A stretch of DNA of 64,000 bases from contig OX597833.1 in NCBI GenBank assembly GCA_951406725.2, positions 67,704,001 to 67,768,000 of the forward strand, given 5' to 3'. The translations under genes were made by a program, and so were the position numbers. The first letter of the stretch is position 1, and every line of letters begins with the position of its first letter. The notes under the pieces were generated by a model. It ran no database searches, had not been told where the DNA came from, and saw only the letters and a program-made list of their open reading frames with translations. Shown one piece after another: positions 1 to 13,628 of the stretch. This stretch comes from Octopus vulgaris. Its lineage: Eukaryota.

Positions 1-6
1 TTATTT

Positions 7-213
7 TTAAATGTTCATAAATGGTTTCAAATCTTCTAATTCCACGACCACTGGGAGCTCGTCCAACTCGACTTCAGCCTCCAGCGGGTCTATGAAAAGT
101 TCATACATCTCTCTTAATTTCAAAAATCTCTCTTTATCTACGACCATTCCTCTCGTGTATTCCGGGCACCTTCCTGGCGGCAGCCCTGCTCCCATGACAA
201 ATTTATATTTCAC
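7..213 (-). pseudogene. Possible C-terminal remnant of an ORF1/gag-like retroelement protein
   Basis: Non-repetitive 68-codon frame (..KYKFVMGAGLPPGRCPEYTRGMVVDKERFLKL..), loosely reminiscent by eye of the tail of the 30960-32170 relic; no diagnostic motif. Confidence 0.25.
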
Positions 214-494
214 ATCGAAGAAATCACAACCAACACCCAGTGGGAATCACCAGCTAATGATGAAAATTCACTCCACTCGCAAAATACTATATGCTTTCTC
301 CAGCGACAAACCGTCGCTGATCTCGAAAGAATAGAAATAAGCCAGGTGGAACAGAAGTCTTCTTGTGGCTATAAATGTCAGTAGTACTGTCCCGTATACG
401 ACGCCACACTTGGTGTATAAGCAAGACACCATGAAGAAGAATGGAGAAGAACGCATCTTCAAAATTTCGTTTATGACAGTATTATACTCATTAA

Positions 495-1272
495 GGCGGC
501 GAGCTGGCAGAAACGTTAGCACGCCGGGCGAAATGATTAGCGGTATTTCGTCTGCCGCTACGTTCTGAGTTCAAATTCCGCCGAGGTCGACTTTGCCTTT
601 CATCCTTTCGGGGTCGATTAAATAAGTACCAGTTACGCACTGGAGTCGATATAATCGACTTAATCCGTTTGTCTGTCCTTGTTTGTCCTCTCTGTGTTTA
701 GCCCCTTGTGGGTATTAAAGAAATAGGTATTTTGTCTGCCACTACGTTCTGAGTTCAAATTCCGCCGAGGTCGACTTTGCCTTTCATCCTTTCGGGGTCG
801 ATTAAATAAGTACCAGTTATGCACTGGAGTCGATATAATCGACTTAATCCGTTTGTCTGTCCTTGTTTGTCCTCTCTGTGTTTAGCCCCTGTGGGTTTAG
901 GTATTTTGTCTGCCACTACGTTCTGAGTTCAAATTCCGCCGAGGTCGACTTTGCCTTTCATCCTTTCGGGGTCGATTAAATAAGTACCAGTTACGCACTG
1001 GAGTCGATATAATCGACTTAATCCGTTTGTCTGTCCTTGTTTGTCCTCTCTGTGTTTAGCCCCTTGTGGGTATTAAAGAAATAGGTATTTTGTCTGCCAC
1101 TACGTTCTGAGTTCAAATTCCGCCGAGGTCGACTTTGCCTTTCATCCTTTCGGGGTCGATTAAATAAGTACCAGTTACGCACTGAAGGTCGATATAATCG
1201 ACTTAATCTGTTTGTCTGTCCTTGTTTGTCCTCTCTGTGTTTAGCCCCTTGTGGGTAGTAAAGAAATAGGTT
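495..1272 (+). mobile_element. tRNA-derived SINE family A, head-to-tail tetramer
   Basis: A-box-like TGGCAGAAACGTTAG and B-box GAGTTCAAATTCC; internal units restart at 542, 726, 900, 1084; 13-bp TSD TTATACTCATTAA at 482-494 and 1273-1285. Confidence 0.92.
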
Positions 1273-1329
1273 TTATACTCATTAAATTCCAATCCGGGCC
1301 GTGTCTCTGCTGTGTAAGTTTCCTAATGT

Positions 1330-1480
1330 CTTTTGATGTGCTTCGGGCCGTCCAAAGACAAGTCTTTGGACGGCCCGTGGCTTTAGTAGAAGACACTTGC
1401 CTTAAGTGCCACGCAGAGGGACTGAAACCGGAAGTATGTGTTTGGTAAGCAAGCTACTTACCACACAACCATGCTTGCAT
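1330..1480 (-). mobile_element. SINE family B (CORE-like), degenerate 5' part
   Basis: Reverse complement of TGTGTGGTAAGTAGCTTGCTTACC...GGCAAGTGTCTTCTACT, matching the full copy at 45052-45475. Confidence 0.75.
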
Positions 1481-1669
1481 CTATATCTCTATACGCCAAT
1501 ATCTCTATATATTTGCGTACATATTATAAAGAATCACTGATTCCAATATATCCGTATAGAAAGTATTAAAATACTGGAGTTACTCTGCTGAACACATAGC
1601 CCACTGACCCCCCACACAAGAAAAAAGGGTATAGTATATACATACCACTAAAAACAATAGCGAAATGAA

Positions 1670-1824
1670 AGCCTATATATATATATTCTTGAATCAATGT
1701 GTAATATATTGCTATATACATTTACACATAAATATATATATTCGTATATATGTGCTTGTATGTATGCGTGTGTCCATGTACATAAATAATATACGTCCAA
1801 ATATACATTTGCATAGACACATAC

Positions 1825-1881
<57 letters not shown>

Positions 1882-2066
1882 TATATATATATATACATGT
1901 GTGTGTGTGTATATATGTAAATATATATATGTATATATATACACACACACACATATATATATGCATATATATATAAATACATATAGATATATTTATATAT
2001 AGATACATACATATAGATATATTTATATATATACATATATATATACGTATATATTTATATATATAT

Positions 2067-2113
<47 letters not shown>

Positions 2114-2433
2114 CAAGCACACACACACACACACATATGTATATATATGTATGTACACTTAATGTATCTCATCATGCCATTAGTTTGATTGTTTTGCCGA
2201 AAGAAAAATTATATCGGAAAAACAGGAAACAATAAAGTATATATGTGCGAATATAAACAATAAGGAAACTAAAAGAGAGGCGAAAATATAGAGAAGAAAA
2301 TACATAAAAAGAAAAATGAACAAAAAAGATATTGGCAATGTATTATTATTTGGAAAAGAGTGATGAATGGTTTTTTCTTATATTTGTTTAATATTATCAT
2401 TACTATCACTATCGTTATTATTATTATTACTGC

Positions 2434-2489
<56 letters not shown>

Positions 2490-2917
2490 CTGCTATTACT
2501 GCTATTATTATTATTATCATTCTTATTATTATTATTATTATTATTCCTAGTATTATTGTTATTATTATTATTATTATTATTATTGTTGTTGTTCTTCTTC
2601 TTATTATTATTATTATTCGTATTTTTATCAGCAGCATCATTATTAATCATTATGTTTATCACCCTCGCCATCATCATCATCTTGACCATCAACATCATCA
2701 TCATTATCATTATCATCATCATCATCATCATCCTCTTCCTCTTCGTCCTCGTCATCTATTATTATTGTTTTATTGTTGTTATTATTATTATTATTATTAT
2801 TATATCATCATCATCATAATCGTCAACATTACCAATATTAGGATTATTATGTTATTAGTTTTATTGTGTTATTATTGTTATAATTATTTTCAGTATCATT
2901 CTTCTTCTTCTTCTAAA

Positions 2918-3011
<94 letters not shown>

Positions 3012-3397
3012 GTGGCGAAATGCACGCAGGACGAAATGCTTGGCGGTACTTCGCCCATTGTTCGGGGTTAAATAATGAAGTACCAGTTAAACACTGGAAT
3101 CTATATGATCAACACATTCCCTCACCTAATATGAATGCCCTTGTGGCAAAATTTGAAAACATTATTATTATTATTGTTATTATTATTACTATTATTATTA
3201 TTATCATCATTATTATTATTATCATCATTATTATTATTATCATCATTATTATTATTATCATCATTATTATTATTATCATCATCATCATCATTATCATTTT
3301 ATTGTATTTTTTGGTTTCCATTTTACTTTCCAAATTACTCTTTAATCAAAATTAAATCATTAAAGCGTAGTGGTTAATACAGATTATTATGTAAATC

Positions 3398-3466
<69 letters not shown>

Positions 3467-3490
3467 GACAACAACAACAACAAACAACAG
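1670..3490. repeat. Compound microsatellites (TA)n/(CA)n then (ATT)n/(CAT)n/(AAT)n
   Basis: Direct inspection. Confidence 0.95.
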
Positions 3491-3822
3491 AAAAAAGAAA
3501 TAGATACAATAAGAAAAAAGAACCAGAGCATCTAGAGAAAAAAGCAATATAAAATATTGTAGCAAAGACAGATTTTGATAGACGAGTATTAATAATTAAT
3601 CTATTTAAATCATAATTGATGTGACGTCATTGTGATTTCTCAGACATTTTTATATATTAGTCAAATGACACACGAACAAGTACTATATATAGCATAGTGC
3701 TGAATTTGTTGTGCTTGTTGTTGCTGCGGTTGCTGTTTCATGTATGGGAAACCTGTAAGAAAGGTGATTCATAATCAAAAGCCTTCTATAACAATATGTA
3801 ACCACGTGTAAACTAGCAGAGA

Positions 3823-4555
3823 AGGCGCGTGGCTTAGTGGTTAGGGTACTCGGCTCATGATCGTATAGATCGTGATTTCAATACGCAGCGGTACGTTAAG
3901 TTCTTGAGCAAAACATTTCATTGCATCTTGTTCCAGTCCACTGAGCAGGTAAAAACTATTTTTACCTGTAATTCAAAGGACCAGCCTTGTCACACTCTGT
4001 GTCATCCTGAATCTCCCCGATAACTACGTTAAGGCGAGCTGGTAGAATCTTTAGCATGCCGGGCGAAATGCTCAGCAGTATTTCGTCTGTCGCTACGTTC
4101 TGAGTTCAAATTCCGCCGAGGTCAACTTTGCCATTTATCATTTCGTGGTCGATTAAATAAGTACCAATTACGCACGGGGGTCGATGTAATCGACTTAATC
4201 CGTGTGTCTGTCCTTGTTTGTCCTCTCTGTATTTAGCCCCTTTGTGGGTAGTAAAGAAATAGGTATTTCGTCTGCCGTTAAGTTCTGAGTTCAAATTCCG
4301 CCGAGGTCAACTTTGCCATTCATCCTTTCGGGGTCGATTAAATAAGTAGCAGTTACGCACTGGGGTCGATGTAATCGACCTAATCCGTGTGTCTGTCCTT
4401 GTTTGTCCCCTCTGTGTTTAGCCCCTTGTGGGTAGTAAAGAAATAGGTACACGTCTCTGTGGAGTCCCCAGCCACTTGCACGTTAATTTCACGAGCAGGC
4501 TGTTCCGTTGATCGAATCAAGTAGAACGCCCGTCGTCGCAGTCGACGGAGTATCA
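3823..4555 (+). mobile_element. tRNA-derived SINE family C, interrupted by a family A dimer
   Basis: Head GGCGCGTGGCTTAGTGGTTAGGG; body ..AACTACGTTAAGG|GTACACGT.. is contiguous in the copies at 28230-28546 and 11160-11345 but split here. Confidence 0.85.
4033..4449 (+). mobile_element. SINE family A dimer nested in family C SINE
   Basis: Two units joined at AAAGAAATA|GGTATTTCGTCTGCC (about 4262). Confidence 0.9.
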
Positions 4556-4791
4556 GTTAGAACCTAGTAATATCTAATCCGATTAAATCAGAATTAATTG
4601 TAATCCGATAACTTATACAATCAGTTGAAGTTTAAAATTTTAGACGATTAACTTTCTAGTTTTCAGGTGTTTTTAACATCAAATTTATCATGAAAATAAC
4701 TGCGAATTCTGATTAAATTTCAACCGATATCATTTCTCATTTATGTTCTACTTTTCTTAGTCATTGGGTTGTAGCCATGCTGGAGCACCAT

Positions 4792-4969
4792 CTGGAGACT
4801 ATTTTAACTGAAGAATGGACAAAAATTCCCTTGGAAACAATTCAAACTTTGTACGAGTCCATAGATCGTCGAATTCAAGCTGTAATTACTGCCAAAGTCT
4901 GTCCTACCTCATATTAAAATATATTTGTTTGAAATTTTAAGGTGTTTCCATTATTTTGTCCAATCCCTG
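4792..4969 (+). mobile_element. Tc1-like transposon 3' fragment (transposase C-terminus plus right TIR)
   Basis: LETILTEEWTKIPLETIQTLYESIDRRIQAVITAKVCPTSY* (4792-4917) fits the Tc1 C-terminal pattern EEW..I...I..L..SM.RR..AVI.AKG..T.Y; ends CCATTATTTTGTCCAATCCCTG. Confidence 0.8.
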
Positions 4970-5848
4970 TGTATATATATGTTCTTATATTTGTGGATGG
5001 TTATATATGTATGATTCTCGAATGTTGCTAAATAAGATCAATGTTTACTAAATAAGATCAATCAAAAAGACAAAAACAGCCCAGCTCCGATGTCTGACAG
5101 AGTCAACATCCATTGACAAGTTTGAAAAAAAGCTACGAAAATTTTGAAAAAAAATAAATATAAATAATATACGAGTGGAAATTGAACTGATGATAGTGTT
5201 AGATATTAAGGCAATAAGGCAGGGCGACTCTCTCCAGACACAACAAGATCAATCATGTGTCATTAACTACATGACATTGTTCAAGTTATATTTCTTTTAT
5301 TTTAAATTTTACGTAGTTTTTAAGGAAATTTTCTTCAGAGTTAGTTTGTCAGAATATAGTTCTTAAAAGTATAATCGACCTTTCCATAGTTTCTCAGTCT
5401 TCTAACCGACAATCAACTACATTGGGCGTTAGTATTCGTTCTTCTATATTTGCTGAATTCGTGTAGACTTCCAACTACATTTTCTGTACTGTGAGGGTCA
5501 TACAACAGCAGTCACATATTAATTTCTAAATATACATCTCAAACTATTTTCTTGAAATATTTCCCACCTCATGAGATGTCCGTTGTCTATCTTTTATATT
5601 TTACATTTTATTTGTTTTAGTTATAAAACTGCGGCTATGCTCTAGTACGGTCTTGAAGAATTTTAATTCCATACCTTATTAAAACCTGGTGTATATATAT
5701 ATATATATATATATAGGAATAAAAAATGGAGTGAGTTAACGCAGGTTTAAACAAGTATTTTTTCTTTCTACATATGTTTCAAAAATTCCACTGATACTTA
5801 TTCAAAAGAATAAAAGGTATAAACAATGCAAGGTAAAATACACTCATC

Positions 5849-5903
<55 letters not shown>

Positions 5904-5905
<2 letters not shown>

Positions 5906-5982
5906 TGAGCGTTATACTGATACATCTTTTTGATTTGTACACCACCTATCTTCTTTTTTTGTTTCTTTTCGTAAACTCTCCC

Positions 5983-6013
<31 letters not shown>

Positions 6014-6140
6014 TTCATTTTTTCATTCTCTTATTTTCTTCTATTCCTTTCTATTGAAGAGCGTAGGCTCGAAACGTAAATGACTTTTTCATTTTCTCGA
6101 GCGTCAAACTAAAACGCTTGTTGTTCATACACCTGTCGTC
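5904..6140 (+). mobile_element. Hammerhead-motif repeat (Penelope pLTR/retrozyme-like), degenerate
   Basis: CTATTGA-A-GAGC-GTAG-GCTC-GAAACGT at 6051-6077; same family as 21276, 52205, 57395. Confidence 0.6.
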
Positions 6141-6299
6141 TACTCGAAAGACTGGTTGGACCGGGACTACTGTTTGAAAGCACCTACCTAAGCTTCCACG
6201 CAGTAAGAGGTACCTTGGAACCATGCGGCTGGGAATGAACTTCTCACCACATCACCACACCTCTTCTTATATCTCAAATGCCCACAAATGAACCAAGTC

Positions 6300-7080
6300 T
6301 CATTTAAAATGATCTTAGTTCCATTAATGATGCAACGAACTCGTCACACAAAAATATCAATGAATTTTTGAAAATTTTATCCAAATTTATGTTTCTGAAG
6401 TCCCGAATATTTTCAAACATTTGGGGACCCAGCACTTGACAATGTACTCAAAAGATGCAAGATTATGTCTATAAATTCTAAACTGATGTCATTCTCGAAG
6501 ACTTTTGGCTTAATGTAGGTTTGACTTGTTGTAAGAGTGAATGGTACCTTTGTCTTCGTGGAGCTTATCCCGAAACCAAATACAATACAGGCCGCTGAAA
6601 AATCGATTCATTATAAGCTGCATATCATTCTCTGTATGAACAAGAGAAATCGATGCTATATGCATGAAGCAGATCTCGTATCAATGCTTTGATTTCGATT
6701 CGAGTCACCTTAGATCAAAGGCCTTTCCTGTTATTCTAAATCGCAGGGGGGGTATACCAATATCACAATCATGAAAGCATAAATAAGAAGCATATCAAAG
6801 CATATTGAAAACATAGTAGAAGCTTGACCCCCCCAACACCCCCCACCCCGGATCAAGTCCATTGCCTATAACAATCTCATCTGTTTGTTGCCCCTTCAAT
6901 GCGAGCTGGGCTTCATGTTACGCTGTAGTTCCTTGAACAATTTCATAAAATCTGACGGCCACACCGACTTGCTAAGAAATATCTGCAATACCTCCATCTT
7001 ATCGGTGTTAAAGGCCTTGCTTAATTCATCAAGGATTTGATATGCATACGTAATTACATAGCGTCCAATAACACTATACT
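6300..7080 (-). pseudogene. Decayed RTE-clade LINE reverse transcriptase
   Basis: Manual translation gives DELSKAFNT, DFMKLFKELQRNM, LRFRITGKAFDLR, IRDLLHAYS, VHTENDMQLIMNRF, comparable to RTE/BovB motifs DLTKAFDT, RFRTDGKLFNLRRL, IRDLLFADD; many stops and frameshifts. Confidence 0.65.
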
Positions 7081-7129
7081 TGTTCCACGTTGTCGTGTTG
7101 TTGTGTTTTCTCTTTGTTCATGTTTAGAG

Positions 7130-7174
<45 letters not shown>

Positions 7175-7276
7175 AACTTATAAACGCAAGGTAATTTTAA
7201 CCTTTAAAGGTATTTTTTAATATGCTGGCCATTGATAAAATTATTTTTTTTCGAAAAAAAATGTTATCCTACATTA

Positions 7277-7315
<39 letters not shown>

Positions 7316-7318
7316 TTG

Positions 7319-7353
<35 letters not shown>

Positions 7354-7973
7354 GTATGTATATATATATATGAAGAAGTTTGAAAACGCCACTATATAAG
7401 ATAAATTTTAATTTTCTTAGAAATTTTACATATTTCGGTTCTTCTGGAATAAACGAACCTTATCAAAAATATTTTTAAAAGTTAAGTGTAATAAAAAAGT
7501 CCATAATTGTTTCTTACTAGTCTCAACAGAATCCACGTGTTGGTGTTTTTTTTTTTTTGTTGGGGAGGGCATAATAACTGCCTTGTGTGTTAACTAAAGT
7601 ACTGCCTAAATAAAATTATTTGTATATACATTGGCGATTCACTACAACATCAAATAAATTTCTATGATTTAGATGTATATGCTGAGAGTGATCGTCGTCC
7701 GGAATTAGCCGAGTTGAGCCGATCCCATTGAATAGGCTACTGTGAAAGCCATATCTGGCCGATCACTCTGGGAATATCTCGATCGCTGCTTTTCGGGCGA
7801 TTACGGCTCCTTTCAGCATCTATGTATGCAATTATGTGCTTTGACTGCAGTATTAGTGCGTTTAGCTATTATTTCTTGCAATGTAGGAGCTTATAACACC
7901 GTTAGTCATATAAAATGACGGTTATGATTCTCATTAATGGTACACATTTGCTTACTGCTGCTTAAATTATGTA

Positions 7974-8021
<48 letters not shown>

Positions 8022-8091
8022 ACATATAAAGGGTGAAATATAATTAATTTAATAAAATCAATGGAAAAGGACCATTTTCGGTAAAAAAATT

Positions 8092-8243
8092 ATATAATTA
8101 TAATAAAGGGTTTTTTGCAACAAGTTGCTTAAACCACATACCGAAAATATTAGAAATAGCGGTCAAATAGTAGCCCATTTGACTGCTATTTCTAATATTT
8201 TTGGTATGTGGTTTAAGCAACTTGTTGCAAAAAACCTTTATTA

Positions 8244-8253
<10 letters not shown>
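8092..8253. repeat. Long inverted repeat (about 75-bp arms, short loop) next to (TA)n
   Basis: ..TTGCAACAAGTTGCTTAAACCACATACC..GTCAAAT / ATTTGAC..GGTATGTGGTTTAAGCAACTTGTTGCAA.. Confidence 0.9.
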
Positions 8254-8289
<36 letters not shown>

Positions 8290-9179
8290 GTGTGTGTGTG
8301 TATGATCAAATTTGACCGAGGTCATCTTTGTCTTTGATCCTTTTGTGGTCGATAAAAGGCTTACCTGTCCATCTGTCCAGGACAATGGATTAATGGAACT
8401 GAAGGAATAACGGATTGGATGCCTCTTCGCTTTTTTTTTTTTGCTTCTTTCTTTTGTTCGGGCTCCCTGCTTTCTTAGTTGAAACCCTATCATATATCTC
8501 TTCAATGATTGACTTAATCCATCCCCTTGATTCGCACCCCTCACCTGACATCTTGAATGCATTCAGTGAGACTCAGAGTCTTGCAAGTATTTCGGCCATG
8601 TTTCTGAAGCCCTGAGAATGGACATGCGTCCTGCCTAATCTCACATGAATAAATCAAATTAAAAAAAAAAAAAAAACGAAAAAAGAAACGCTTTCTCAAA
8701 ATTCTGTTAATCCATTATTCTATTATTCTCTTAAGGGTTTCAGGCAGAGGTTGTGGCCATGCTGGAGCACCGACAATAATCACATAATGTTTGAATTATT
8801 TCGTTTTTTGGATTTGGTTTGCAAGATTCTTTATATGAGTTCGTGTGTTGAAGCATATTCTGTTGTGTCTGGGGAGAGTCATTATCTTTTTGTGCCTTAC
8901 GATGTAACACACTCACCGGTAAAATTTCCACTTATTTCATATTTTTATTCTCCTAAAATTTTCGTTGCTTCTTGCAACTTTTTCAATAGTCTTGACTCTG
9001 TAATGTCGATAAATGCATTTTTTCTAACCGGAAACACTTCTGTAACGGACTGGAAGAAACTACACTTCACGTTTCCGATCATTGAAACCTGCTTAAAAAA
9101 AAGATTCTGAAAAAAAATAACATGATGTAACACAGAACAAAGCAGACGATGGGTTTTCAAACCAACTAGAGAAGTCAAG

Positions 9180-10561
<1,382 letters not shown>

Positions 10562-10963
10562 GGGAAGTTTAGATGCGAGAACAGTTGGCAGCGCATCAAA
10601 GTGTATTCCGCTATAAAAGATAGCCCCTGAACGTTCGAGAGAAGATAGTTTGGGCAGAAGGTAAATAAAGCAATCACTTCTCGGACTTAAAAATTGCTTT
10701 AAGAAATTCCTGCCGAACGACTTTGGGTCGATGAAGAACGTAAATAATACGCGAATGGAGGGAGAGAGATAAAGTGTAATGTTTTTGCCAATAACATTTA
10801 TGTCAGATCTCTGGGGCGGTTGCAACACGGAGTCGAAGCTGTCACGTAATGTGGAAACAACTTCACGTTTGTTTCCAAAGTTCAAAGGTTAAAAGCGACA
10901 ACGAAAAGTGTGATTCTTTGTAGTAGTAGTAGTAGTGGTGGTGGTGGTGGTATTATTATGGTT

Positions 10964-11345
10964 GGTGGCGCAATGGCCCAGTGGTTAGGGCAGCGGACTC
11001 GCGGTCATAGAATCGCGGTTTCGATTCCCAGACCGGGCGTTGTGAGTGTTTATTGAGCGAAAACATCTAAAAGCTCCACAAGGCTCCGGCAGGGGATGGT
11101 GGTGATCCCTGCTGTACTCTTTCACCACAACTTTCTCTCACTCTTTCTTCCTGTTTCTGTTGTACCTGTATTTCAAAGGGGCCGGCCTTGTCACTCTCTG
11201 TGTCACGCTAAATATCCCCGAGGACTACGTTAAGGGTACACGTGTCTGTGGAGTGCTCAGCCACTTACACGCTAATTTCACGAGCAGGCTGTTCCGTTGA
11301 TTCGGATCAACCGGAACCCTCATCGTCGTAACCGACGGAGTGCTT
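10964..11345 (+). mobile_element. tRNA-derived SINE, family D head joined to family C body
   Basis: Head GGCGCAATGGCCCAGTGGTTAGGGCAGCGGACTCGCGG..GGTTTCGATTCCC; body from TACCTGTATTTCAAAGGG to CCGACGGAGTGC as in 28230-28546. Confidence 0.85.
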
Positions 11346-11360
11346 CCAAATCCAACTAAT

Positions 11361-11812
11361 ATGGTTATAGAAAAGCGGCGAGCTGGCAGAATCGTTATCG
11401 CGCCGGACAAAGTGCTTAGCGGCATTTCACACGTTTTTACGTTCTGAGTTCAATTTCGACTTTGCCTTCCGTCTTTTGAAGTCGATATAATCGCCCACCC
11501 CTACCCCACAAAAATTTCAGACTTTGTGCCGATAATAGCAAAGATTACCAACGTTGTTATGCTTTAGTGCAGAACGGTAGGATCCCGTATGTTTTACTTG
11601 CTTCCGTCATTAGACCGCGGCCCTGCTGGTGCAGCTCTTTCAAGAATTTTAGCCGAATAAATCGACCCCAGGACTTTATTTTGATTTTTAAGACTGGTAC
11701 TTGTATTATGGGAACATTTCTTGCCGAACCGCACACCTTTTTCTATTGCGGAGTCGGTAAAATAAGGACCTGTTGAACTCGGGATTGTGATGTATTCGAC
11801 TTGTCTCTCTCT

Positions 11813-11866
<54 letters not shown>

Positions 11867-13280
11867 CAGGACATTGCTTGCCTTTTGCCAAAAGATTTGA
11901 AATCATTATTAACAATGACATAAAGGCGGCGAGGTGGCAGAATCGTTAGCACGCCGGGCGAAGTGCTTAGCGGTATTTCGTCTGCCGTTACGTTCTGACT
12001 TCAAATTCTGCCGAGGTCGACTTTGCCTTTTATCCATTCGGGGTCGATAAATTAAGTACCAGTTACGCACTGGGGTCGATGTAATCGACTTAATACCTAT
12101 GCCTGTCCTTGTTTGTCCCCTCTGTGTTTAGCCCCTTGTGGGTAATAAAGAAATAGGTACTTCGTCTGCCGCTACGAATTACCCATTTCTTTAGTAAAGA
12201 AACAGGTAATTCGTCTGCCGCAACGTTCTGAGTTCAAATTCCGCCGAGGTCGAACTTGCCTTTCATCCTTTCGGGGTCGATTAAATAAGTACCTGCTACG
12301 CACTGGGGTCGATATAATTGACTTAATCCGTTTGTCTGTCCTTGTTTGTCTTCTCTGTGTTTAGCTCATTGTGGGTAGTAAAGAAATAGGTATTTCACCC
12401 GTGGGTACGTTCCGAGTTGGCAGAAACGTTAGCGCGCTGCGCGCAATGCTTAGCGGTATTTCGTCTGCCGCTACGTTCTGAGTTCAAATTCCGCCGAGAT
12501 CGATTTTGCCTTTCATCCTTTCGGGCTCGATACATTAAATACCAGTGAAACACTGGGGTCGATGTAAATGACTTATTCTCTTCCTCCAAATTTGAAACCT
12601 TGTGCCTATAGTAGCAAAGATTATTAACGTTGGTATTGGAGGGCGGTGACCTGGCATAATCGTTACTACTACGATCCGTCTTTACGTTCTGAGTTTAGAT
12701 GCCGCCGGGGTCGACTCTGCTTCTCATCCTGTCGGGATCGATAAAATAAGTACGAGTTAAGCACGGCGGGGTCGATATAATCGACTTCACCCTCTTTCAC
12801 CTTCAAATTGCCGGCCTTGTGCCAAGATTTGAAACCAGTATAAATAACGTGATTATAGAAAGGTGGCGATGTGGTAGAATCGTTACTGTGACGAGCGATG
12901 TGCTTAGCGGCATTTTGTCCGTCTTAACGTCCTGAGCTCAAATGCGGTCGACATCGACTTTGCCTTCCGTCTTTTGGAGTCGATATAATCGCCCACCCCC
13001 ACCCCACAAAAATTCCAGGCTTTGTGCCGATAATAGCAAAGATTACCAACGTTGTTATGCTTTAGTGCAGAAAGGTAGGATCCCGTATCTTTTACTTGCT
13101 TCCCTCATTAGACCGCGGCCCTGCTGGAGCAGCGCCTTCAAGAATTTTAGTCGAATAAATCGACCTCATGACTTTATTTGATTTTTAAGACCGGTACTTG
13201 TATTATCGGAACCTTTCTTGCCGGACCGCTAGGTTACGGGCACGTAAACACACCATCACCGGTCATAAAGCGGTGAGGTT
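11361..13280 (+). mobile_element. Cluster of family A SINEs (multimer 11925-12400 plus older copies) with family B 3' fragments on the minus strand
   Basis: Repeated GTTCTGAGTTCAAATTCCGCCGAGGTCGACTTTGCCTTTCATCC cores. Confidence 0.85.
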
Positions 13281-13352
13281 AGATCTTTTCTTTAACTGTG
13301 TTGGATGTTGTTTACATATACATGCATGGGGACACACAAACACAAACACTCA

Positions 13353-13396
<44 letters not shown>

Positions 13397-13434
13397 AATA
13401 TATATATACATACATACATACATACATACATACA

Positions 13435-13466
<32 letters not shown>

Positions 13467-13575
13467 AGTGAAGTTTTGTGAGGGGAGAGATGTCAACATC
13501 CAAGTCTTATATAATTGACAAAATATAAATAAATTGATCTTGCTGTGTTCAAATTCACCATTGTCTTTATGGTAT

Positions 13576-13628
<53 letters not shown>

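Noticed and set aside
250-480. Possible RTE ORF2 C-terminal remnant on the plus strand
   Set aside because: Only faint similarity (VLSRIRRHTW..RRME); insufficient without a search
495-1272. Regularly spaced repeats resembling a CRISPR array
   Set aside because: Whole 184-bp units repeat with no unique spacers, there are no cas genes, and the context is a eukaryotic SINE
1648-3565. Long ORFs of YI, poly-I, poly-L, poly-N (also 9299-10885, 15295-16011, 20138-20988, 24980-27128, 35567-39417, 60709-61850)
   Set aside because: Stop-free translations of microsatellites; no coding complexity
10964-11040. tRNA genes (also 29220-29293, 59913-59990, 45052-45125)
   Set aside because: A and B boxes are present but continue into shared SINE bodies and lack a clean cloverleaf
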